From NCBI GenBank assembly GCA_031553915.1, contig JAVBKT010000017.1:6357-70356 (forward strand): DNA of 64,000 bases, read 5' to 3'. Source of the DNA: Bacillota bacterium. Lineage in GTDB: Bacteria > Bacillota > Dehalobacteriia > UBA4068. The notes beneath the pieces are model-generated. The model worked only from the letters and a program-made list of their open reading frames with translations. It was not told the origin of the DNA and made no database searches. Below are positions 23,661 to 33,082 of this stretch, one piece after another (the stretch's first letter is position 1; every line of letters starts with the position of its first letter). Made by a program: the position numbers and the translations under genes.

Positions 23661-25133
23661 ATGCCTGCTGAATTTGCTTCAATTATGTATGCTTTTATGG
23701 GTTTACCCCTTCTGGCAATATTAGTCTTTACTTTAGCAAAAGATAAGCTGGGAGATAGATTTGTCCTTACTGCCGGATATGTTGTTGGTCTGGTTCAGGT
23801 GCTCTCATCAGTTGTTGTCATGGCATTATTGCTGCAATATAATAAAGGATTTATTAATTTCTCTCAGTTTTGGAATATGACAGAAAACGCCAATGCCGCT
23901 TATTTTTCTGCGGATATCTTTTCTGTTGTTGCTCTCTTTTCTGTTGGTGTTGTTACCTTTGCCTCCTTCTTTACCGCACGCACCATGATCAAAGACAAAG
24001 CGTTCAATTTTGCTAATGTTATGATGCTGCTGGTGCTGGGCATGAACGGCATTGCCCTGGTTACAGATTTGTTCTCTTTATATGTTTTCTTGGAGATAAC
24101 CGGTATTGCCTCATATGTTCTGATTGCCATCTATCGTGATAATAATGGTCTTGAAGGCGGCTTCAAGTATCTGATGATGAGCGCTATTGCCTCTGCCTTT
24201 ATTTTGGGCGGCTTGGCACTGCTGATGTCTAATCTCGGCAGTCTTAAATTTGAGGCTGTTGCGCAAATGTTTGTTGCCTGGGATGAGGTAGCGAACCCCA
24301 TTATGGTTTTGATTTCTCTGGTGATGATGGTTATCGGCTTTGCGATCAAATCAGGCTTGGTTCCCTTCCATGCCTGGCTGCCTGATGCTTATCAGGGCGC
24401 TCCGGCGCCGGTTTCGATTATGCTGGGTGGTATCGTGACCAAAATGGCAGGGGTTTTTGCCATCATCCGTTTGCTGGGCGATATTTCTATCAACCAGCCT
24501 ATCATTAATACCTGCCTTATGGTTTTTGCGCTGATTTCGATCTTTTATGGCGCTATAGCTGCTGTAGGGCAAAACGATTTCAAACGTATTCTGGCTTATT
24601 CCAGCATCAGCCAAATTGGCTATATTATTCTTGCCATAACCACCGGCAGCGTGATTGGCTATATTGGCGCTGTGTTCCATTTTCTTAATCATGCTACCTT
24701 TAAAACAACTTTGTTCGTTGATGCCGCTGCTGTTGAGCAGACGACAGGCACAACTGATATTAATGAATTGGGCGGTTTGCAAAAACAAATGCCTTTCACT
24801 GGTGTCAGCAGTATTATTGCCTTCCTCTCTGCGGCAGGCATTCCGCCTTTGGCAGGCTTCTGGAGCAAACTATTAATTATCATTGCCGTCTGGCAGAGTT
24901 TTGGCGCAGCGATTGCTATCTTGGCTTTGGTTGCCAGCATTTTTACTGCCGCTTATTTTCTCCGCTTACAGCACAGCGTCTTTTTTGGCCCTGTCAATGA
25001 AAAGTGGGCGGAGATTAAAGAGGCTGTTAAAGGGTTCAAAGTTACAGAAATTGCTTTAACTGCACTGACTATTGGTTTTGGCATACTCTTCCCGGTAATT
25101 TTGTTGGTCTTGCAGTCTTATGGCATTATCTAG
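23661..25133 (+). CDS. Hydrogenase antiporter-like membrane subunit (NuoM/N, MrpD-like)
   Basis: LYVFLEI, HAWLPDAY, KRILAYSSISQIG. Confidence 0.88.
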   Translation: MPAEFASIMYAFMGLPLLAILVFTLAKDKLGDRFVLTAGYVVGLVQVLSSVVVMALLLQYNKGFINFSQFWNMTENANAAYFSADIFSVVALFSVGVVTFASFFTARTMIKDKAFNFANVMMLLVLGMNGIALVTDLFSLYVFLEITGIASYVLIAIYRDNNGLEGGFKYLMMSAIASAFILGGLALLMSNLGSLKFEAVAQMFVAWDEVANPIMVLISLVMMVIGFAIKSGLVPFHAWLPDAYQGAPAPVSIMLGGIVTKMAGVFAIIRLLGDISINQPIINTCLMVFALISIFYGAIAAVGQNDFKRILAYSSISQIGYIILAITTGSVIGYIGAVFHFLNHATFKTTLFVDAAAVEQTTGTTDINELGGLQKQMPFTGVSSIIAFLSAAGIPPLAGFWSKLLIIIAVWQSFGAAIAILALVASIFTAAYFLRLQHSVFFGPVNEKWAEIKEAVKGFKVTEIALTALTIGFGILFPVILLVLQSYGII

Positions 25134-25146
25134 AGAGGTGGAATAA

Positions 25147-25650
25147 ATGCAACCAATTATTCTCATTATTTGTTTTGCAGCGATGCTCATTGCAGGAGCA
25201 GCATCAGCAATGTTTCGCAGCCAGCTGAAATCAGCAATATGTTTGGCCCTGGTTAGTATTTTTCTGGCCATCGTGCTTTTTGTTATGAATTTACCCTGGG
25301 CTGCTTTTTTCGAGCTTTCCGTTTGCGCCGGCTTGGTCACAGTTATCTTTGCCAGTACCATTAGCATGACTACCAAAGATAGAAAATCCGATGCCAACGA
25401 AGCGGAATATCACCGCCGCTTTGCAACTTTGCCTTTCATCTTGATTTTTGCCGGTGTGGCTTTACTCGCGGTAGTGCTGATGACTAATTTTGATATTCAG
25501 GCGCTTACGGCAGATCCTGCTTTGGCAGCCACTAATTTTAAAGATATTCTCTGGAATACCCGCCAGGCTGATATTTTAGGCCAGATCATCATTATTCTGG
25601 CTGGCGCGTTTGCGGTTGTAATCTTATTTAAGGAGAGTGTAAAACAATGA
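25147..25650 (+). CDS. NuoJ-like membrane subunit
   Basis: Hydrophobic; ELSVCAGL; sits just before the NuoK-like gene. Confidence 0.65.
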   Translation: MQPIILIICFAAMLIAGAASAMFRSQLKSAICLALVSIFLAIVLFVMNLPWAAFFELSVCAGLVTVIFASTISMTTKDRKSDANEAEYHRRFATLPFILIFAGVALLAVVLMTNFDIQALTADPALAATNFKDILWNTRQADILGQIIIILAGAFAVVILFKESVKQ

Positions 25651-25955
25651 ACATAATCACCTTAGGACTGATTACCACAGCGCTGCTGTTGATAATTACC
25701 GGCTTATATATGCTGCTGCGTACGAATAATATGATTCGTATTATTATTGCCATCGAGGTATTGATGAAAGCAGTTACCTTGCTATTGGCCTTTTCCGGAT
25801 ATATGAGCGGCAATTATAATTTGGTGCAAACATTTATTATTACCATGATTGTTATTGAGGTTATTGTTGCTGTTGTTGCTGCCGGTATAGCGGTTAGTGT
25901 TTACCGCAATAAAGGCAATATGGATGTGCGTAACCTGAATAATCTCAAAGGATAA
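25647..25955 (+). CDS. NuoK/MrpC-like membrane subunit
   Basis: Three TM segments; IRIIIAIEVL; ends NLNNLKG. Confidence 0.8.
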   Translation: MNIITLGLITTALLLIITGLYMLLRTNNMIRIIIAIEVLMKAVTLLLAFSGYMSGNYNLVQTFIITMIVIEVIVAVVAAGIAVSVYRNKGNMDVRNLNNLKG

Positions 25956-25967
25956 GGAGGAGACTAC

Positions 25968-26288
25968 ATGGGCAGCTTTGTATTATCACCACCAATTGTT
26001 TTAATTGTCTTATTGATTGTAGGTGCATTTTTCTCCTACATGGTATCTTCTTTATCAGCCAAAGGGGAAATAAGCGCCAGAAAAGAGGAAGCTTATGCCT
26101 GTGGGCAAAGAAATGTTACCCATAGCGTTAGCCCTGAATATAGCCAGTTTTTCCCGATAGCGTTCTTTTTTACCATCATGCATGTTTTGGTGCTGGTTGT
26201 AGCTACCGCACCCAAGGGCGTTATCACTTTACCGCTTATTTATATCGCTGCCGGTGTTCTGGCTCTGATAATTATCATTCGGAGGTAG
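25968..26288 (+). CDS. NuoA-like membrane subunit
   Basis: K..AYACG loop; three TM segments. Confidence 0.7.
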   Translation: MGSFVLSPPIVLIVLLIVGAFFSYMVSSLSAKGEISARKEEAYACGQRNVTHSVSPEYSQFFPIAFFFTIMHVLVLVVATAPKGVITLPLIYIAAGVLALIIIIRR

Positions 26289-26291
26289 CAG

Positions 26292-26747
26292 ATGGCTAAG
26301 AATATTATTGAAAGAGCTGTTGATTGGGGAAGGCGCAAGTCTCCGTGGATTATCCATTTTAATGCCGGGGCCTGTAATGGTTGTGATATTGAGGTTGTTG
26401 ATGCCCTGACTCCCCGTTATGATCTTGAACGCTTTGGCATCCTGCAGCAGGGGACTCCGCGTCATTCTGATGTTTTGGTGTGTACCGGTGCGGTAACACT
26501 GCAAACCAAAGATAGACTAAAACAAATATATGAACAGATGCCTGAGCCGAAATTTGTAATTGCTGTTGGCACTTGTGCCTGCACCGGCGGAATTTTTGAC
26601 GGCTGCTATTGTATTAATGGCGGTATTGATTCCGTAATTCCTGTCAACGCTTATTTACCAGGATGCGCTGCACGGCCAGAGGCTATCATTGATGCAGTCG
26701 ATAAACTGTTGACTGCTTTGGAAACATCGCAAAAGGCGGAAGATTAA
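26292..26747 (+). CDS. [NiFe]-hydrogenase small subunit (EchC/NuoB-like)
   Basis: ACNGCDIE, VGTCACTGG, LPGCAARPE. Confidence 0.92.
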   Translation: MAKNIIERAVDWGRRKSPWIIHFNAGACNGCDIEVVDALTPRYDLERFGILQQGTPRHSDVLVCTGAVTLQTKDRLKQIYEQMPEPKFVIAVGTCACTGGIFDGCYCINGGIDSVIPVNAYLPGCAARPEAIIDAVDKLLTALETSQKAED

Positions 26748-26760
26748 AGAGGTGATATCT

Positions 26761-27297
26761 ATGGAAGCCGAAGAAAGAATTATCGCTGCAATATTAGAAA
26801 GATTTCCTTTTTTGGATGAACACATAAAAGTTCAAAGAAAAAGACGGATTGTTGCTGATCCATTAAGCAGGAAAAATTTTGAGCAGGTTCTTGATTATCT
26901 GATCAACGAAAAACTGTTTACGAAGATGCATCTGGTGATCGGCGTTGATGACGGCGAGGATCTCGGGTTCATCTATATCCTTTCCAATGCTGACAAAGTA
27001 ACCATATTGCTCAAGCAGTCTGCGCCCAAGGATGCGCCGCTGATTAAATCTGTCTGCGCGACTTTCCCCAGCATGCTTTGGTATGAGAGAGAGCTGGTTG
27101 ATTTGTTTGGCGCTATTGTTGAAGAACTGCCGCCTGGTCCGACCTATCCTTTGCCGGATGGCTGGCCGGCAGGCAATTATCCAATGCGCAAAGAGTGGCA
27201 AGTGGAGTATTTTGACAAAGAGACTATGACTTATAATCCACCAACGGAAAAGCCGGCGGAAGCTAAAATAGCAGAAGATGGAGGGCAGTTATCATGA
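26761..27297 (+). CDS. NuoC/EchD-like subunit
   Basis: WYERELVDLFG, YPMRKEW. Confidence 0.85.
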   Translation: MEAEERIIAAILERFPFLDEHIKVQRKRRIVADPLSRKNFEQVLDYLINEKLFTKMHLVIGVDDGEDLGFIYILSNADKVTILLKQSAPKDAPLIKSVCATFPSMLWYERELVDLFGAIVEELPPGPTYPLPDGWPAGNYPMRKEWQVEYFDKETMTYNPPTEKPAEAKIAEDGGQLS

Positions 27298-28520
27298 GTA
27301 AAAAAATAACTATACCAATTGGCCCCCAGCATCCTTCGCTTAAAGAGCCAGGTTGTTTTACTATTACCCTTGAGGGTGAAAAGGTTGTTAACGCAGTTGT
27401 TGGTGTTGGCTATAATCACCGCGGCTTAGAAAAAGCTTGCGAGGCCAGAACCTATTTGCAGGATATTTATATCATCGAACGCGTCTGCGGTATTTGCTCA
27501 CATACTCACAGCACTGCCTATTGCCAGGCCGTTGAAGAGTTAGCGGATATTGTTATCCCTACGCGCGCTTCTTATCTGCGCGTGCTTATGGCGGAGCTTG
27601 AACGCTTGCACAGTCATCTTTTGTGGTTGGGCATAGCCGGGCATGAAATAGGTTTTGATACGCTGTTTATGTATGCCTGGCGTGACCGGGAGCGGGTACT
27701 TGATATCCTTGCCCAGTTGGGCGGCAACAGGGTTAATTATGGAATTAACACCATTGGCGGTGTGCGGCGCGATCTGGAACAGCGCACTGTTGATGAACTG
27801 CGCGTTGTGCTTGATTATTTAGAAGAGCAGGATAAATATTATATTGAGCTGGCAATGAGTGAAACCACTTTAGCCGCACGTTTGAGTGGGGTAGGGCAGC
27901 TTTCTTACGAGGACGCAATAAAATATGGCGCGGTTGGCCCGGTGGCGCGTGCTTCCGGTGTGGAAACCGATGTCAGGACTGATGACCCATATGCCTCTTA
28001 TGAGGATATGCCAATGCAGGTTATCACCGATAATCATTGCGATGTCTTTGGCCGGACAGTAGTGCGTACTCTGGAAATGCTGGAAAGCATTAAAATGAGT
28101 CGTTTCATTCTCGATAATATCCCGGATGGTGAAATTTCGGTTAAGGTGCCCAGACGCGTTCCCGCGGGTGAGGTTTTGAGCAAAACTGAAGCTCCCCGTG
28201 GCGAGGATGTCCATTATGTGCGCTCAAATGGCACAGATAAGCCTGACCGGGTAAGGGTCCGTGCTGCAACTGAGGCTAACTGGCATGGTATGGCGCATAT
28301 GCTTGAAGGCGATTATCTGGCTGATGTGCCGATCATTGTTGCGGCAATTGACCCATGCTATTCCTGCACAGACCGTGCGATAGTTATAAATAATCCGGAT
28401 TCGGGACAGGAAAAAACATGGGATTGGCAAGCTTTGCGTAATTATAGCATTGATTACTATAAAAAACGTGGCTTTGATGCCTCGAAAATCAAACTTGCTG
28501 AACGGAAGATATTTATCTAA
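27294..28520 (+). CDS. Group 4 [NiFe]-hydrogenase large subunit
   Basis: GPQHP, L1 motif ERVCGIC, EAPRGE, L2 motif DPCYSCTDR plus a C-terminal extension. Confidence 0.95.
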   Translation: MSKKITIPIGPQHPSLKEPGCFTITLEGEKVVNAVVGVGYNHRGLEKACEARTYLQDIYIIERVCGICSHTHSTAYCQAVEELADIVIPTRASYLRVLMAELERLHSHLLWLGIAGHEIGFDTLFMYAWRDRERVLDILAQLGGNRVNYGINTIGGVRRDLEQRTVDELRVVLDYLEEQDKYYIELAMSETTLAARLSGVGQLSYEDAIKYGAVGPVARASGVETDVRTDDPYASYEDMPMQVITDNHCDVFGRTVVRTLEMLESIKMSRFILDNIPDGEISVKVPRRVPAGEVLSKTEAPRGEDVHYVRSNGTDKPDRVRVRAATEANWHGMAHMLEGDYLADVPIIVAAIDPCYSCTDRAIVINNPDSGQEKTWDWQALRNYSIDYYKKRGFDASKIKLAERKIFI

Positions 28521-28542
28521 GCAGGCGGAAGGATGGGACACT

Positions 28543-29478
28543 ATGTTAATGGCCTTTTTTAATATTTTAATATTCCCCGGTTTCCTCTTTCTTGGGGTAT
28601 ATGCTTTGATTTTGGCTTTTATTGACCGAAAAATTTATGCCAGGCTGCAAAATAGACAGGGCCCGCCATGGTTTCAGCCTTTAGCAGATTTTTTCAAGCT
28701 GATCGGCAAGGAAACTATTATCCCGGATCATGCTGATAAGAAAATCTTTGCGTTTATTCCGGTTTTGGCCTTGGCGGCTGTTACTGCGGCATATTTATAT
28801 ATACCGATTTGGAAAAATGCTTCCTTATTGCCCTTTGAGGGCGATCTGATTGTGATTATGTATTTGTTGACCATTCCAACCCTGAGCTTCTTCCTGGGCG
28901 GTTGGTATTCGACAAGCGTATATGCAACACTGGGCGCGGTTCGCGTTTTGACGCAGCTATTTGCCTATGAAGTCCCTTTGTTTATGGCTTTACTGGCCCC
29001 GGCTTTGCTGGCAGACACCTGGTCTTTGTCGGGGATAACCCAATACTATGCGGCGCACCCATTATACATTTTAATTAACATACCAGCGTTTGTTGTGGCT
29101 GTCATTGCCTGTCAGGGCAAGCTGGAACGTGTGCCCTTTGACATTCCGGAAGCTGAGACAGAAATTGTCAGCGGTACTTTTGTTGAGTATACTGGACGCT
29201 TGTTCGCCATCTTCAGAATGGCTATTGACTGTGAATTGGTTGTCGTGGCATCTCTGGTTGCCGCAGTGTTCTTGCCTTTCTTTACCGGTAACCCATGGGC
29301 GGATTTTGGCCTTTATGTTGCCAAAACTTTGGCTATCTTAGTCATCTTTGCCGTTTTCCGGGCCATTATGGCGCGTGTGAGAATTGAGCAAATGGTATCA
29401 TTTTGTTGGCGGATATTAGTGCCATTGGCTTTGGTTCAGCTGATTATTAATTTGTTGTTGAAGGGAGTGCTCGCTTAA
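28543..29478 (+). CDS. NuoH/EchB-like membrane subunit
   Basis: RLQNRQGPP, QPLADFFKL, PFDIPEAETEIVSG. Confidence 0.92.
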   Translation: MLMAFFNILIFPGFLFLGVYALILAFIDRKIYARLQNRQGPPWFQPLADFFKLIGKETIIPDHADKKIFAFIPVLALAAVTAAYLYIPIWKNASLLPFEGDLIVIMYLLTIPTLSFFLGGWYSTSVYATLGAVRVLTQLFAYEVPLFMALLAPALLADTWSLSGITQYYAAHPLYILINIPAFVVAVIACQGKLERVPFDIPEAETEIVSGTFVEYTGRLFAIFRMAIDCELVVVASLVAAVFLPFFTGNPWADFGLYVAKTLAILVIFAVFRAIMARVRIEQMVSFCWRILVPLALVQLIINLLLKGVLA

Positions 29479-29837
29479 TGAAAAATCGACCAGGCGCTGT
29501 GATTGGATATGCGGTTAAGCAGCTCTTTAAGAAGCCGGCCACAATTAAATATCCCAATGAGGATTTAGTTATTGACCGTAATTATCGCGGCAAATTAAAG
29601 TATGATCCTGATGATTGCATTGGCTGTAATTTGTGCGTCAGAGATTGTCCTACCGGTGCCATCAAAATTACCAATGTGGGTACCAAAGAAGACAAGGTTT
29701 TTGATTGTGATCTTGATCTAGGACATTGTATTTTTTGCGCGCAGTGTGTTGATAGCTGCCGCAAAGGCTGTTTAGGTTTTACGCCAAACATTGAACTGGC
29801 AACGCTTGATAAAAAGGAATTGACCATTAAATTATGA
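29478..29837 (+). CDS. NuoI/EchF-like 2x[4Fe-4S] subunit
   Basis: CIGCNLCVRDCP, CIFCAQCVDSC. Confidence 0.92.
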   Translation: MKNRPGAVIGYAVKQLFKKPATIKYPNEDLVIDRNYRGKLKYDPDDCIGCNLCVRDCPTGAIKITNVGTKEDKVFDCDLDLGHCIFCAQCVDSCRKGCLGFTPNIELATLDKKELTIKL

Positions 29838-30316
29838 TATCGTGGCAAAAAGAAATTATTGAAGAAATGCAAAAGGCGCCTAAGATTGCAGTCTTAGGCG
29901 CCGGTTCTGTTCTTTGTGGTGATGATGCGGCAGGGATGATTGTTGTAGAAAAACTAGAGCAATTAGCCGCAAACAAGCCAAATTTAATAACATTGGGCGG
30001 TAGTACCGCACCGGAGAATTTTATTGGCGTATTGCGTTCCTTTGCTCCGGATTTACTTATTTTTGTCGATGCCGCTTATATTGACGGTGAAGTCGGAGAT
30101 ATTGCTCTTATTGACGAGAATGATATTACCGGGCTTAATTTTTCTACCCATATGTTACCCTTTGGCGTGCTGCTGAGTTTTATCCGCGCAGAAATACAGT
30201 GCAAAATTAAAATTATAGGCATTAAACCGGGTAATATGGATTTTGGCACAGAGGCGTCATTAATCATTGTACGCGCTGCTGAACAAATCGTAGAGACCAT
30301 CAACGCCAATAGTTGA
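29834..30316 (+). CDS. hycI: Hydrogenase maturation endopeptidase (HycI-like)
   Basis: GDDAAG, APENF, FVDAA, STHMLP. Confidence 0.88.
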   Translation: MISWQKEIIEEMQKAPKIAVLGAGSVLCGDDAAGMIVVEKLEQLAANKPNLITLGGSTAPENFIGVLRSFAPDLLIFVDAAYIDGEVGDIALIDENDITGLNFSTHMLPFGVLLSFIRAEIQCKIKIIGIKPGNMDFGTEASLIIVRAAEQIVETINANS

Positions 30317-30340
30317 TGGTAAAATATAATTATAAGAAAT

Positions 30341-30378
30341 AATAACAGCTAATTAAAGAAATTTAATTAGCTGTTATT
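30341..30378. terminator. Bidirectional terminator between hycI and lexA
   Basis: AATAACAGCTAATTAAA-GAAA-TTTAATTAGCTGTTATT. Confidence 0.75.
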
Positions 30379-31021
30379 ATTTAAGCTTGCGGAAAAGACC
30401 AATAGGCTTACCAAGTATTTCCATATGATCAGTATAAATAGGCTGCAGGAGATGATTTTCCGGCTGCAGACGGAAACGGTTTGTTTCGCGATAAAAAGTT
30501 TTAACCGTAGCCTCATCATCAATACAGGCTACTACAACATCGCCGTTTCTGGCGCTATTAGTTTCCTCTACAATCAGCAAATCGCCATCTTCAATGCCAA
30601 CTTCAATCATGCTCTCGCCATTAACCCGCAGCATAAAAAGCTGTTTGTTAGAATTGACAAAATTAAGCGGTACCGGAAAATAATCTTCAATATTTTCTTC
30701 CGCATAGGCCGGCTGCCCGGCACTCACTTTACCAATGAGCGGGATATCGACTATTTCCTGCTTGGCAAGAGTTGAAGAGGAGGGGAGAGTGTCTTCAACA
30801 GGCCATTTGAGAACTTCCATGGCCCGTCTTTTCAAGGGGTCTTTGCGGATATAACCCTTTCTTTCCAATGCGTCAATATGAAACTGCACGCTCGAAGTGG
30901 AACTCAGGCCGACTGCCTGGCCAATTTCACGTACTGAGGGAGGATATCCCTTGGTTTTTATCTGAGATTTAATGTAGTCAAATATTTCAGCTTGTTTAGG
31001 GTTTAGATCAAAATAATCCAT
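30377..31021 (-). CDS. lexA: SOS repressor LexA
   Basis: GYPPSVREIG wHTH, AG cleavage site (VSAGQP), catalytic GESM and ATVK; GGAGG RBS before ATG 31021. Confidence 0.96.
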   Translation of the reverse strand: MDYFDLNPKQAEIFDYIKSQIKTKGYPPSVREIGQAVGLSSTSSVQFHIDALERKGYIRKDPLKRRAMEVLKWPVEDTLPSSSTLAKQEIVDIPLIGKVSAGQPAYAEENIEDYFPVPLNFVNSNKQLFMLRVNGESMIEVGIEDGDLLIVEETNSARNGDVVVACIDDEATVKTFYRETNRFRLQPENHLLQPIYTDHMEILGKPIGLFRKLK

Positions 31022-31077
31022 ATTTCCACCTCCATAGAACAATCTATACTCATTATAGCACATCTTTTGCAAAAAGC

Positions 31078-31150
31078 AAACATTTGTTCATAAATTTTTC
31101 TTGACAAGGAACAAATGTTTGGGTATAATGCAAATATGGAACAAACGTTC
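31078..31150 (+). promoter_or_regulatory. Consensus SigA promoter of yneA with three Firmicute SOS (LexA) boxes
   Basis: TTGACA(31101)-17bp-TATAAT(31124); GAAC-N4-GTTC-type boxes at 31078-31089 (AAACATTTGTTC), 31109-31120 (GAACAAATGTTT) and 31139-31150 (GAACAAACGTTC). Confidence 0.9.
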
Positions 31151-31173
31151 ACGTATTAGTGGAGGAGTATGAT

Positions 31174-31476
31174 ATGAAAAAATCAATTAAAAGGCCAAGA
31201 AAATTGCGTTGTTTAATGGCGATAATTGCCTTTAGTTTGGTTGTCGTTTTAATGGTGTCCGGTTTTTCGGCACAAGCAGATGCCAATAATTTTACTAGTG
31301 AAAGAAAATTTACACCGGTATATGTGGTTTCCGGTGATACGCTTTGGAGCCTTGTGGAAGAGTATTATGATTATCAAGGGGATATCCGTAAGGCTATTAA
31401 TGAAGTGAAGAAAATAAACAATCTTGATAACGCCTCGATTCAGCAAGGGCAAATTATTTATATACCGGAAGCATAA
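31174..31476 (+). CDS. yneA: YneA-like SOS cell-division inhibitor (TM + LysM)
   Basis: Divergent from lexA; N-terminal TM; LysM motif VVSGDTLWSL...INNL...IQQGQIIYIP. Confidence 0.85.
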   Translation: MKKSIKRPRKLRCLMAIIAFSLVVVLMVSGFSAQADANNFTSERKFTPVYVVSGDTLWSLVEEYYDYQGDIRKAINEVKKINNLDNASIQQGQIIYIPEA

Positions 31477-31492
31477 GCTGCGCAGACAGAGC

Positions 31493-32971
31493 ATGTTTGT
31501 CAATACTTATTTCTTCTTTGTTCCTAATCGCTTAGTATGGGAACATTGGCAGCAGTTTATGGGTGAAAACACTGATTCTGCTTGGATTCCTCAGGTTGAA
31601 TATGAGATTCCTCAAATTGTTTCTCCAGCTGGTGGCTGGACTGTTGGTACTATTGCTGATTATTTTGGTATTCCTACTGGTGTTGCTGGTCTCTCTGTGT
31701 CGGCTCTTCCTTTTAGAGCCTATGCTTTAATTATGAATGATTGGTTTCGTGATGAAAATCTATCTAATCCTTTGAATATACCTGTTAATGATACTACTGT
31801 TACAGGTGTTAATAGTGGTGTTTTTGTTACTGATGTAGTTAAAGGCGGTAAGCCTTATATAGCTGCTAAATATCATGATTACTTTACATCTTGTCTTCCT
31901 GGTCCCCAAAAAGGCCCTAATGTGTCTATCGGTCTTGCTGGTGATGTACCTGTCTTTGGTAATGGACAGCAGCTTGGTTTAGTATCTAAAACTTTACCCG
32001 TTGGTGGATCTACACAGTATCTTGGTCTCGCTGGTACTACTGATAGTAAAATTGGTTTATCTGGTAGTGTGAATAATGAAATTGGATCTTCTATAAATTC
32101 TGGTGCTATGTATGCAAATCGTGCATCTGGTGTACCATCAAAAGAAATGTTAGATTTCGCTGATTATCCTTATGAACAAACTGGTCTTGTCGCTGATCTT
32201 GGTCTTGCTTCTTCTATCTCTGTTAATTCTCTTCGTCTTGCTTTCCAAATTCAAAAGTTATATGAGAAAGATGCTAGAGGAGGCACTCGCTATATTGAAT
32301 TACTTAAGGCTCATTTTGGTGTTACTTCTCCTGATGCTCGTCTCCAGCGTCCTGAATATCTTGGCGGAAATCGTTTGCCTATTAATATTAATCAGGTAGT
32401 GCAAAATTCTGAAACTGCTGAAACTCCTCAAGGTAATGTTGCTGGTTATTCTGTTACTACTGATACTCATAGTGATTTTACTAAATCTTTTGTTGAACAT
32501 GGCTATATCATTGGTGTTGCTGTTGCTCGCTATACTCATACGTATCAGCAAGGTTTACAACGCTTCTGGTCGCGGAAAGATCGTTTTGATTATTATTGGC
32601 CTGTCCTTGCTAATATTGGTGAACAGCCTGTCCTTAATAAAGAGATATATGCTCAAGGTAATGCTACTGATGATGAGGTTTTTGGTTACCAAGAGGCTTG
32701 GGCTGATTATCGTTATAAACCGTCTATTGTTACTGGTGAAATGCGTTCTCAATATGATATGTCGTTGGATTCTTGGCATCTCGCGGATGATTATGCTGCG
32801 CTTCCTATGCTTTCTAGTACTTGGATAATAGAGGATAAATCGAATGTTGATAGAACTTTAGCTATACAGAGTTCTATATCTAATCAATTTTTTGGTGATT
32901 TTTTCTTCCAGTGCAAAACTACTCGGCCTATGCCTATGTATAGTATTCCTGGGCTAATTGATCACCACTAA
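31493..32971 (+). CDS. Microvirus major capsid protein VP1, 5'-truncated but open
   Basis: FFFVPNRLVWEHW..FMGEN, ALPFRAYALI.NDWFRDENL, HDYFTSCLP.PQKG, DARGGTRY.E, RLQRPEYLGG, FGYQEAWADYR, RPMPMYSIPGLIDH; the usual N-terminal segment before this motif block is absent. Confidence 0.93.
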   Translation: MFVNTYFFFVPNRLVWEHWQQFMGENTDSAWIPQVEYEIPQIVSPAGGWTVGTIADYFGIPTGVAGLSVSALPFRAYALIMNDWFRDENLSNPLNIPVNDTTVTGVNSGVFVTDVVKGGKPYIAAKYHDYFTSCLPGPQKGPNVSIGLAGDVPVFGNGQQLGLVSKTLPVGGSTQYLGLAGTTDSKIGLSGSVNNEIGSSINSGAMYANRASGVPSKEMLDFADYPYEQTGLVADLGLASSISVNSLRLAFQIQKLYEKDARGGTRYIELLKAHFGVTSPDARLQRPEYLGGNRLPININQVVQNSETAETPQGNVAGYSVTTDTHSDFTKSFVEHGYIIGVAVARYTHTYQQGLQRFWSRKDRFDYYWPVLANIGEQPVLNKEIYAQGNATDDEVFGYQEAWADYRYKPSIVTGEMRSQYDMSLDSWHLADDYAALPMLSSTWIIEDKSNVDRTLAIQSSISNQFFGDFFFQCKTTRPMPMYSIPGLIDHH

Positions 32972-32983
32972 GGAGTGATTTTA

Positions 32984-33070
32984 ATGGATACTATTAAAAA
33001 AGTTTTTAAGGTGTTTATTTGGTTTATGCTTATTATGTGTGTTTTTTATCTTCTAGGTTTGCTTTTATAA
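32984..33070 (+). CDS. 28-aa single-TM phage peptide (MDTIKKVFKVFIWFMLIMCVFYLLGLLL)
   Basis: Translated by hand; AGGAG RBS overlaps the VP1 stop; its TAA overlaps the AAGGAGG RBS of VP2. Confidence 0.7.
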   Translation: MDTIKKVFKVFIWFMLIMCVFYLLGLLL

Positions 33071-33082
33071 GGAGGTTAAATT

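Noticed and set aside
31424-31492. ORF-track N-terminus of VP1 (MITPRFSKGK...)
   Set aside because: It is an alternative frame of the yneA 3' end with no RBS and no VP1 similarity; not real phage sequence
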